A DNA stretch of 64,000 nucleotides from the human T2T-CHM13v2.0 reference genome, Homo sapiens: the NCBI RefSeq assembly GCF_009914755.1, contig NC_060948.1; one strand, given 5' to 3'. This document shows, one piece after another, positions 53,401 to 64,000 of the stretch; position 1 is the first letter of the stretch, and each line of letters opens with the position of its first letter. The notes beneath the pieces are model-generated. The model was not told the origin of the DNA. It searched no databases and saw only the letters and a list, made by a program, of their open reading frames with translations. The position numbers and the translations under genes are program-made.

Positions 53401-55920
53401 TTGTTGTTGTTGTTGTTGTTTGTTTTGTTGTTTTTGTTTTTTCTTCAGAGGGAGTTTATTTGGATGCTAGCGATTCCAGACTTACATCCTAATTCACTGC
53501 AGATTCATGATCCACATAAAAATAAAGAACACAGAGCAGTGAAGACCATGCAGAGTCACACAGACAGGCCACCAAAAGGTGTGGAGACTTATAAAAAAAG
53601 AAGTGCTGAAGTGCGTTAGCCACATTTTTTTAAGCAGATTCCAGTAACAGACAGACACACACACACAGAAGACACAAAAACATAATGCCTCTCTCACACA
53701 CACACACACACACACGTCAGACATTTGGAACATTCCCATAGAAACACTCAGCCTGGCATCTTGTGATGTGGCGTGGTTCTGCAGGAAGCCCCATCTGGGA
53801 GAGAATAACCCTGAGAAACATAGACGGGCTGCTCCTAGAAATAATAGTAGGGTAATTTTCATAATGACTCACACCTACAATGTCTAGGCAGGCTTAATAA
53901 CCCTGCAGATCTTCTCAGATCCTTAGCAATTTTGTGGTTTATTCCTGGGGCTCTGCTTGACATTCAGGCTGGCTCATGTATACTTCTTCTTAGAACAATG
54001 GGACAATCCCATGGATCCCACAGAGAAGACAGGGGAGAATTCACCACTGACACACCTCTACGGAGGTCTCTATCTCTGCCAAGCCACAGGGAATTTTCAC
54101 TACGCAAGAGTGGCATTCATTGTGACACTAACAAGAGCTGACAATCAGGCCAGGTGCCCTGGGACTAGCACATGCACATTCATGAGGTAGGCTAGAGCCC
54201 CTGGCTGACAGAGCCGTCAGCATGCCTAAGCAGAGAAAAATGTTACAGGCAAAGCCGGCCTGGTGTCAGAAAACAGGCCGCCTGTGAAAACCCACTGTCA
54301 GACACTAAAAGTCTAGATCTCAGGACCTATTCTGACCATCTCCATGGTAAGGTCTCACTGGAGGAGGAGCTGTTTTGAGGCTGTGAAGTGGTCGCTAGAA
54401 AGTACTCTTCTGACTCCATTCCCAAAAGAGGCTGTGTGCAATAATCGGGTCCCCTGTGGATTGAAATACAGTCTGGTGTAGTGTAGAGGGTTCCTTGGGT
54501 GATAGAATCATACCTGAGGCCACAGAAGTGGGTGTCAACAAAAGATGGCCAGGCTCTTTATCTCAATGACTCCCTTGATCCTGGTCCTCACCAGGACTAT
54601 CTGGGAAAAGCAGAAACCAAGACAAATGCAAGTCCAATGTGGAGCAGTGTTCTCATACTGTGAACTGGCCTCTCACAGATAAAGATGAGTTTGAGTCAGT
54701 ACCTCAGAGTCCACCTGTGGCCATGGCAAGCCTGAAAAGTGTGTCCAGTAGTGCTGTTGAGGGGCACTGTGGATTCCTCTTGAAAGCATAGAAAAGTCAA
54801 GGCTCACCTGAGAGAATGAGCTAAATTGTTCTGGAGTCCAAGCAAAATTCAATGATTCCTGTTAAAGGGCCCAAAACCTCCTGCAATGTGCAAACCACTT
54901 CAGCCCCCACAAGGAAACAACAACCGCAACCTGGAATGCAGCCAGCCTATCCAAGATCCCTTCCACTCTCTGAAATTCCTGACAGCTAAATAATCTGTTG
55001 CTAGAGGCAGTCCCATCAAGCAACAGCTCAATGAAAGAGCCCCTCCACAATGAAACGGCCATGTAGATGCAATGATAGAGGCTAGATTACCAGGCAATGG
55101 ACAGATATGCCTGCCTCCTTCGCATCCTACAGAAATCGTGCAGCCCTTAGATAGAAATAGGAGACAACATTTACTTGTTTGTGGCTCTAATGGGTATTTA
55201 TAGTTTTAAAAGTATCAAAGCTTCCCAGTCATTAGAATTTGACAATGTTTAGAAGGAAACACTCAGGCAATGGATTTCCATTTGTGTTGCTCCCTGTTAA
55301 CTGGGTAACGTTTATTGCTGAATTCCTTGAGCTAGAATCAGGAAACCCTAGGGTGATCAGAATCACGGAAGTTAGAAAAAGAATAGGAAAGTCTGTAAGC
55401 CACATCCCACCAAGAATCAATTCATTCCACTTCCATTTGGCTATGGGTATGAAAGCCCTCAAATCGGGAGTTTGCCATGAAGGTCCCTATTTGCACTCCT
55501 AATGTTCCTAGCATGTTAGAGTACTCTCACCTGAACACCGGCCCATAGAGTGGACTGCTTGTGCAATTAAGTGAGTGCGGAGATGGAGTTGGAATCACCT
55601 TCTGTGTCATCTGTCTTTATTTATTTATTTTGAAGTTAAAGTTGCAGGACCAGATACACCCCTCATCAGATTTTATCCTCACTTCTTTCTGAACTTATTC
55701 CTGCTCACACTATATATCCCAGTATAAAATCCCAAGATGATGAAAGGGTGCCCCTCATGATGTGAAGCTCCTGCTTGGCTGGGAACCGAATTCAATGTAA
55801 ATTCAAGGGGCCCTATGGACAGGAATGCTAGAGTCTCTCCCTGGTTTGGCTGCAGGACAATGAAATACTGGGAGATGTCTGTTTTTTGGTGTGGTGTGCT
55901 TCTCTTCTTTCTAGAATTGT

Positions 55921-55923
<3 letters not shown>

Positions 55924-55963
<40 letters not shown>
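55924..55963. repeat. Poly(T) run of ~40 nt at the monomer's variable T-tract
   Basis: Read directly. The same site is (TTTTG)n or (TTTA)n in other monomers. Confidence 0.85.
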
Positions 55964-55965
<2 letters not shown>

Positions 55966-58900
55966 AGAGGGAGGTGAATTAAACTCCAGTGGGTCTCGGC
56001 CTGCCTCACAATGCACTGTGTATTCATGGTCCACAGAAAAATAGAGAACTTGGAGACTGGCAGCCCAAGCAGAGCCAAAAAAACAGGCCATCTAAAGGCT
56101 TGGTGACTCAAAAAAACAGAAGCGATGAAGTGCATTAGCCACATTCATTTAAGCAGACACCACTTATAGTTACACATACACACACAAAAACACACAATGT
56201 CACACAAACATGCAGACATCCAATATTTGCAACATTCCCACAGAAACATATAGCATGGCAACTTCTGAGGCAGTGTGCTTCTGCAGGAAGCCCCAGGTGG
56301 GAGACAGCAACTAAGGGGAACACAGGCATGCTATACCTACAAATCACAGTAGGTCAAGTTTTAAAATGACTCACCACTACAATGTCTAGGCAGGCCTGAG
56401 TAATTTTGCAGATTTCTTTGCATCCTTAGGGATTTCACAATTTATTTTTGGAATTGTGCTTGATGTTTCTTCAGACTCTCATGCCTGTCTTCCCTTGGGA
56501 TCATGGGACTATCTCGTCTATCTTACAGAGAAGAGAGGTAGGAGTCCATGGCATACACAACTACACAGAGGTCTCCCTCTTCTCCAAGCCACAGGGACTG
56601 GGCCCTAGGCAACAATGACAATAATTGTGACACTACCCAGAGATAGCAGTCAGACCTGGTTCCCTGTCAGAGCTGACAGCCTGCCTAAGCAGTAAGAAAT
56701 GGTACAGGCAGAGCCAGCTTGATATCAAGAAAAAGGAGACCTGCAAAAACCTACAGTGAGAGACTAAAAGTCTAGACCTCAGGACTCCTTTAGATGGTTT
56801 CCATGGTCGGGTCTTGCTGGAGGAGGAATGGTTTTGAGACTCTAAGGTGGTCACGGAAACTGTTCTGACTTCATTCCCAAAACATGTTGCTTGCGAGAAT
56901 CGGGTATTGTGGGGATTGGAATATAGTATGGTGTGTTGTTGAGGGTTCTTTGGGTGATAGAATCATACTTCCCAAAGTTGGAAGTCAGCGAAAGATGGCC
57001 AAGCCCTTGGCCTCACAGCCTCCCTTCATCCTAGGCCTTGCAGAGGCTTTCTGGGAAAAGTAGGAACCAACACAAAGGCAAGTCCAATGTGAAGCAGTGT
57101 TCTCACACCTCATATTGTCCTCTCACAGGTGCAGATGAGGTTTATACAGTGTCTCAGATGCTGTCTATAGAATGGCAAGCCTGAAAAATATGTCCATTAG
57201 TTCTGTTGAGGGGCACTGTGGATTCCACATGAAAGCACCAATAAAAATAAATAAATAAACAAGGCTTGCCTGAGAGAATGAGCTGCCTTCTGCTGGACTC
57301 TAAGCAGTGTTCAATGAATCCTGTTAGAAGACCCATAACCCTCCTGCGAAGTGCAAACAAATTCAGCCCCCACAACAAGATAATGACCCACGATGTGGCT
57401 TGGAGCCAGCCAAATGGAAGTCCCTTTTGCTGTCTGAAATTTCTGGCAGCTACATAATCTGTGGCAACTGGCAGTCCCCTTCCAGCAACAGTTCAATGAA
57501 AGCGCCCCTCCAAAATGAAAAGGCTGAGCAGATGAAATGAAACAAAGTCTAGATTGCCAGGTAAAAGCCTGATATGGCTGCCTGCTTCTCATCCTACATG
57601 AATCACGCACCCCTCAGATAGATGTGAGATAACAAATTTCCTTTTGGTGGCTCTAAAGGGAATATACGGTCTTAAAGTATCAATCTTCCCAGTCATTAAA
57701 ACATGACAATGTTCAGAAGGAAACACTCATGCAATTTCCCATGAGGATCGTTCTCCATGAACTGGGAAACATTTAAGGTGGTAGTCATTGGGCCAGACTT
57801 AGGAAACCCTAAAGCAATTAGAATCATGGAAGTCACAAAAACAAAAGGCATGTCTAGAAGTCACAGCCACATCCCACCCAGCATCAATCCATTCCACTCA
57901 CATTTGCCTCCAGGTATGAAAACCCACAAATGAGTAGTTTGCCAGTATGGCCCCTATTTGTACTCTGAATGTTCTTGTGCATTGGAGTACTCCCACCTGA
58001 ACACTGAGCCATTGTGTGGATTTCTTTTGCAATTAAGGGAATGTGGGGATGAAGTTGGAAGCAACTTTTTTGTCATCTGTCTTTATTTATTTATTTATTA
58101 TTTATTTATTTATTGCAGGTGAAGTTGCAAGACCCCATCCACCCCTCACTACATTGTATCCTCATTCCTATCTGATCTTATTGCTGCTCACACTCTATAT
58201 CCCAGGATAAAATCCCAAGACAATGGAGGAGTACCTCCTGAGGATGTGAAGCACCTGCTTGACTCAGAACTGAATTTGAGGTAAATTTAAGGGGCCCAAT
58301 CAACAGGACTGCTAGTGTCTCTCCCTGTGTTGACTGTAGGAATATGAAACACGGGCATGTCTGTCTTTTGGCATGATGTGTTCTTATTCCTTTTCTAGAA
58401 GAGTGGCTTTTGTTTGTTTTGTTTTGTTTTCTGATTTGTTTTTTTGCTTTTGCAGAAGGAGTTGATTTGGACACATTCAACTAAAAATAAAAAATAAAGA
58501 ACATCATGCCCCACAACCCAAGCAGAGCCACATATGCAGGCCACCAAAAGCTGGGGAGACTCCAAAAAAAAGTGCTAAAGTGCTTTACCCACATTCCTTT
58601 AAGCTGACTCCACTTACATTCACACACACAAACACAAACACACACATACACAAAGAGTAACCTTGAAAAACACTGGTGGGCTATACCAGGAAGTCACAGT
58701 AGCACAAGTTTCAAAAAGACTCACCTTTACAACATCTAGGCAGGCCTGAGGAATCCTGCAGATCTTCTTGGATTCTTAGGGATTTCATGGTTTATTCCTC
58801 AGGCTCTGTTTGACATTTCTTGAGGCTGGCTCATGTCTGCCCTCTCCTAGGATCATGGATCAAACCCATGGATCCCACAGAGAAGACAGGTGAGTCCAAC

Positions 58901-60403
58901 ACCAATGCACCTCCACAGACATCTTCTCTGCCAAGCCACAGGGACTTGTCTCTTGGCAACGGTGACATTCATTGTGATGCTAACCAGTGCTCACAATCAG
59001 GCCTAGTCCCCTCAAACTAGCACATGTCCATTTCTGAGGCAGACTCAGGAGTCAGGCTTTGAGAGCTGTCAGCCTGCCTAAGCAGAGGAAAGTGGTACAG
59101 CCAAACCCATCCTGGTATCAGGAAAAAAGCTGCCTGTGAAAATCCACTGCTCAGGGCCTTTTTGGGTGGACCCCATGGTTGAATCCTGCTGTGTCAGGAG
59201 GCATTTGAAGACTATGAGGTTGTCTCTGGAAACTGCTCTTCTGACTCCACTCCTGAAAAACGCTGTGTGCAAGAATCAGGTCCAATGGGAATTGGAATAT
59301 TGTCTGGTGTGCTGTTGCATGTTCTTTGGGTGATAGAATCATACCTCAGACCTCAGAAGCTATTGTCAGTGAAAGATGGCCAGGTTGTTGACCTCACTGC
59401 TCCCCTTCATCTGGGCCTCACAGAGGCTTTCTAAGAAAGGCAGGAACCAGGACAATGGCAAGTCCAAGGTGAAGCGGTATTCTCACAACTTGGACTGGCC
59501 TCTTAGGCATGCAGGTGAGGTTGAGACCTGTCTCAGAGATTGTCTGTGTTGACGGCCAGGCTGAAAATGTTTCCAGTAGTGCAGTTGAGGGGCACAGTAG
59601 ATTCCTGATGAAAGCAAAGAAAGGCCAAGGCTCACATGAGAGAATGAGCTAACTGGTGCTGGGTCCAAGCAATGTTCAATGATGCCTCTTAAAGGACCCA
59701 AAAGTCCACTGCAAAGTGCAAACAGCCTCAGCCCTGGAAATGAGACAATCACCCGCATGCTGGAGCACAGCCAGCCTACCTGAAGTCCGTTTTGCTGTCT
59801 GAAATCCCTTCCAGCTAAATAATCTGTGGTAACAGGCAGCCCCACTCAGCAACAGCCCAATGAAAGAGGCTCTCCACAATGAGAAGGCCATGCAGATGAA
59901 ATGACACAGAGGCTAGATTACCAGGCCAAAGGTAGACATGGCTGCCTACTTCCCATGCTACGAGAATCATGCAGTCCACTAACACAAGTGGGAAAACAAG
60001 AGTTTCCTTGTTGGTGGCTGTAACAGAAATTTATGGTTTTAAATGTATCAAAGCTGTCCAGTCATTAAAATATGACAGTGTTTAGAATGAGACACTTATG
60101 CAATGGATTCCAGAAGTGCTGTTCTCTGTGAACTAGGAAAGGTTTATTGTGGAAGTCGTTGAGCCAGACCTGAGAAGCCCTAGGGCAAAGGGGAACATGG
60201 AAGTTAATATAAGAATAGCAAGTGTGGAGGCCACATTCCACCCAGTGTCAATATATTCCACTCCCATTTTGCTCTGGGCTTGAAAGCCCTCAAATCGGGA
60301 GTTTGACAGGATGGCCCCAATTTGCACTCCAAATATTCCTTGCATATTGGAGTACTCCCATCTGAACACTGGGACCTGGTTTGGACTTATTCTGCAATTA
60401 AGG

Positions 60404-60785
60404 TGAGGAGAGAGATCATTTCTCTTACTGCCTCCTGTTTCTGAAGAGAAGGAGGAAGTAAAAGCTAAAAAAAACAACAGGAATGATAGCAGTGGCAAGA
60501 CCAGCTGGCACCACTAATGACCAGTCCTGAGGCTAAATGATTAACCCACCACTTTAACCACATTTGTATCTATAAATCTCAATTTATTATGCCCCTTTCC
60601 TGTAGAAGCCCTTAGAGTTCTAAGCCCTTAAAAGGGCCTGGAACTCTTTCTTCAGGGAGCTTGGTCCTTGAGACGTGGGTCTGCCAATGCTCCCAAACAA
60701 ATAGAGCCACTTTCTTCTTTTACCTGTTGTCTAAGTTTTTATTTTTGTTTTTGTTTTTGTTTTCCCCACCACTCGTACTGCTACA
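60404..60785 (+). mobile_element. 5' LTR of a second HERV-E/Harlequin-class provirus (start 60399 or 60404)
   Basis: Runs TGAGGAGAGAGA...CTCGTACTGCTACA, with a TATA-like CTTAAAAG at ~60627 and a degenerate polyA signal AATAGA at ~60700. It resembles the left LTR and is followed by a PBS. Confidence 0.85.
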
Positions 60786-60790
60786 TTTCT

Positions 60791-60808
60791 TGGTTCCCTG
60801 ACCTGGAA
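60791..60808 (+). other. Primer-binding site, tRNA-Glu
   Basis: TGGTTCCCTGACCTGGAA has one mismatch to the complement of the tRNA-Glu 3' end (TGGTTCCCTGACCGGGAA). Confidence 0.9.
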
Positions 60809-61280
60809 ATGAGGTGATTAATGCACAATCAAGGCAGCCCCCAAGGCAGCTTAGGCTTGCCCTGCAACATATCCCTGTGGGTAACTCCAGCCAGCTTGAG
60901 TAACATGTATCCTGAGAGTGCTCCTGGTTAGATGTTTTCCCAGGTGGAACACTTCATCAGAGCAGTACACTGCAGGCCCCCACAAAGGATCAATACAGTG
61001 GCTGTACTCTGCGAATAAACTGGTTCTTGGAGTCCAGACATCTGGAATATGGTAGAAGGAGTCCTGGTAACTTGCTCACTCCATTTAAGTGGAAACATGG
61101 TCTGATTACCCACAATGTGTCCTTATCAACACTTTGGTATTGATTTTGATTTGGCTTGACTTGCTTGCAAAAAGGAAAAAGAAATTGAGTGAGTGCTTGA
61201 GTTTCAGATGGGAGAGATGAGTGACTGAACCCTTTACCCTTTCCTTCTTCTGATGTGTGTTGTCTTGACTCAGGAAGAAG

Positions 61281-63243
61281 ATGGATGGAACATAAAGTAA
61301 GCCCACTCCGTTAGAAACTATGCTGAAAAATTTCAAGAAACCAGCAAAACTTAGAACTTTGTGTGAGATAGACTGGCTAGCTTCTGGCACTACAACAAAA
61401 CTTGAGGGTAAATAAACATTTAATTGGAATGAATCATAGAAAACTGATTAGAAGAATACTTGATGTTCATGATAATTGTGGTGCAAGACAGTTTTAAGTA
61501 TGTTTTTAGTATTTTTATAGTTCAGGAAGATATATTCTAGGAGCAGTTTTAGATGACTCTTATTTCTGTAGTAATATTCAATATAGTGTACCTGCTTTGT
61601 AGTCAGAAGAAGGCTAGAAGTTGAATTCAGGCATTTTCTTCCAATAAAGCTAATTATGGCTCATTCCCATTGACAAGGTGTAGATTTGGATTAGCAATTG
61701 TAATTACATCTGTGATTCTTAATTAATGATGTTAATTCAGAGATATGTAAAGTGCAAGTGAGCTTCTCTGCTGTCACTGGCCTTCCAACATTTTTATCCA
61801 GTGTTGTATTTGAAATTTCTGCTTCTGTAAATAAATTTTTGAAGATTACAAGTGGTTTGGTCATCAGAAGGAAGCCTGGATAGGTACCTTGTTTCAAAAG
61901 TGTGGCACAAGGTAACTGGTAAGCTGGGATACCCAGACCAGTTTCTGTACATAAATACTTGGTTACAGCTGGTTTTAGACCCCTCACAGTGGTTAAGAGG
62001 ACATGCAGCAGTAGTACTAGCAGCAAAGTGGCAGACAGCCAAAAAAGAATCCCACTCCATCCACTGAAGGGAATTGGCTCCTAAAGTCTTGACCCAACAT
62101 CAGAGGATTCATGGCAAGAAATGGATCCAGTTGCCCCCACTTCACCAAGAAGGAAGGCCTCCTGAGCCCACTACACCTGAGCTTCCACAAGACCTACATA
62201 ACCCTAGGCCACCCAGAGTAGAAAGGAAAGGATGTGAGACCTCAGGAGAAACTCCTCCCTTCATAGCCTGTTTGAGGTCTAGAATTGAAATACAAATGTG
62301 CCTGAGAGAGCAGTGGTAGATGAGGATGGGCATATGGTGGAAAGGTGAGCCTTTGTGTACTTACCCTTCAGCTTTGCCAATCTCCTCAATTGGAAATACA
62401 ATATCCCATCCTATACGAAAAATCATCAAGCTATAATTGATTTGCTCAAAACTATTATCCAGACCAACAACCCCACGTGGGCCGATTGCCCCCAGTTGCT
62501 CATGTACCCTTTTAACACAGATTAAAGGAGGAGAGTGTTCCAAGCAGCAACTAAGTGGAAGGAAGAACATATTTCAGCTGATTACGAAAACACTCAAAAC
62601 TATGTGAGGATCTAATTACCAGGAACAGACCCACAGTGGGACCCAAATGAAAAAGAGGGTATGCAAAGGTTAAACTTGTACAGGGCACCCCTTCTGGAAG
62701 GGTTAAAGAAGGGAGCTCAGAAGGCCACAAATGTTTTACAAGAGACTATATGAGGCCTATTGTATGTTTACTCCCTTTGATCCCAATGGCCCTGATAATC
62801 AGAACATGATTAACATGGATTTAGTTAGTTAAAGTACACAAGACATTAGAAGAAAATTGCAGAAACAGGCTGGGTTTGCAGACATACATACTTCACAGTT
62901 ATTGGAGATAGTCAACCAGGTGTTTGTAAATAGAGATTCACTAAGATACAGAGAGAACTGCAGAGAGAGAGAGAGTGAATGCCAAGCCCAGTGAAATGCC
63001 AACCTGCTAGCTGCAGCTATTAGAGGGGTTCCCCCAAAGGGGCAAGAGAGGGGGCCACAGGAAAAATACCCAGTCTGGTCATCCAGGCTTGCAGCATAAC
63101 CAGTGTGCTTACTGTAAGGAAATAGGACATTGGAAGGACAAGTGCCCCAGTTGGAAGGAAAACAAGGTGACTCTGAGCAGGAGGCATCAGACAAGGATGA
63201 AGGAACCTCCTTCAATCTGGAAGTCCAGTTCAAACTGGACTGA
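61281..63243 (+). pseudogene. gag: HERV-E-like gag pseudogene (stops, frameshifts, deletions, ~460 bp insertion)
   Basis: Matrix: MDGT*SKPTPLETMLKNFKK...LRTLCEIDW / WSSEGSLDRYLVSKVWHKV. Capsid at ~62350-62520: PFSFANLLNWK...NPTWADCPQLL. CCHC knuckle at ~63100: QCAYCKEIGHWKDKCP. TGA at 63241-63243. Confidence 0.92.
61382..61844. other. AT-rich non-retroviral insertion within gag
   Basis: Interrupts the matrix-coding sequence between ...EIDWLA and LQVVWSSEGSLDR. AATAAA at 61830-61835 near its right end. Confidence 0.75.
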
Positions 63244-64000
63244 GGGAGACCAGGCTCATGTGCACTACTAACCACCTTGGTTGCCCTCTTATCCAAAAAG
63301 ACTATTGATATAACCGAAGCCACAGGGGTCTCAGCAAAGCAAGCTTTCTCTTTGCCCCAGACCTGCACTGTAGGGGGGCATGAAGTGATTCACCAGTTCC
63401 TGTACATGCTTGACTTCCTCTTGCCTTCGGTAGGAAAGGACCTACTTAACAAAATGAGAGCCACTGTCCCTTTACAAAGCACAGCTCCTTACAGATAAAG
63501 TTAACTGGAGTGTGAGTCATAATGACCATTACAGTTTTTCAGGAGCCAGGCCCAAAGATAGGACAAGCTCTGGCTAAGTGATGGCCAACGGTGTGGGTGG
63601 GAGACAGCCTTCCAAGGTTGGCAGTCAACTAAGCCCCCATACTCAGAGAAGTTAAGCCTGTGACAGCCAGTCAGGCAACATAAGTACCCAGTTCCCATAG
63701 AAGCTCTTGAAGGTACCCAGGTGCATCTCAAGGGCCTGGGGGCCTCTGAAATTAGACTCCCTTGTCAATCTCCAAGGAACACCCCCCTCCTGTCTGCTCT
63801 CCAGCCAGAGACCAAGGGCTACAGGCCGGTACAGGACTTGCACTTGGTCAACCAAGGTACAGTGACTTTGCCCACAATGGTACTTAACCCATACACATTG
63901 TTGGGAATTCTGTCAGCTGAGGACAGCTGAAGGATGCTTTCTTTAGCATCAGACTAGCCCCTTAGATCCAGAAATTGTTTGCCTTTCAGTGGGAGGATCT
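63244..64000 (+). pseudogene. pol: HERV-E-like pro-pol pseudogene (protease with active site deleted; RT N-terminus), runs off the window
   Basis: Protease C-terminal part: LSKKTIDITEATGVSAKQAF...GKDLLNK, with no DTG motif. RT: SPRNTPLL..YRPVQDLHLVNQ..NPYTLL..LKDAFFSI..LFAFQWED. Confidence 0.92.

Noticed and set aside
60791-60808. tRNA-Glu gene
   Set aside because: Only 18 nt complementary to the tRNA 3' end, directly after an LTR, so it is a PBS.
62829-63368. 179-aa antisense ORF over the gag end
   Set aside because: Antisense shadow of decayed gag/pro with no independent support.

Overview
This is primate, almost certainly human, DNA (AluY elements plus one AluYa5-diagnostic fragment), not microbial. 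About 59.5 kb (916-60403) is a degenerate tandem array of ~2.4-2.5 kb monomers, roughly 25 full or partial copies that are visibly diverged from each other. The unit size, divergence and lack of long ORFs match the Y-chromosome NORF arrays (2.48 kb unit, SST1/MER22-type macrosatellite) that host the spliced non-coding TTTY transcripts; this assignment is by recognition, not alignment. The array flips orientation once, at ~23968. It contains many internal deletions and duplications and three Alu insertions. It is flanked by two decayed HERV-E/Harlequin-class proviruses: an env end plus 3' LTR on the left, and a 5' LTR, tRNA-Glu PBS and gag-pro-pol on the right, with a ~460 bp foreign insert in gag. 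No intact protein-coding gene is supported. The most interesting signal is an NRF1 + RFX (+ half-CRE) promoter-like module in the monomer. It has decayed through CpG mutation in most copies, but the NRF1 site is intact or nearly so in two CpG-retaining monomers (~22.0 kb and ~44.4 kb). I found no evidence for a wholly new biological system.
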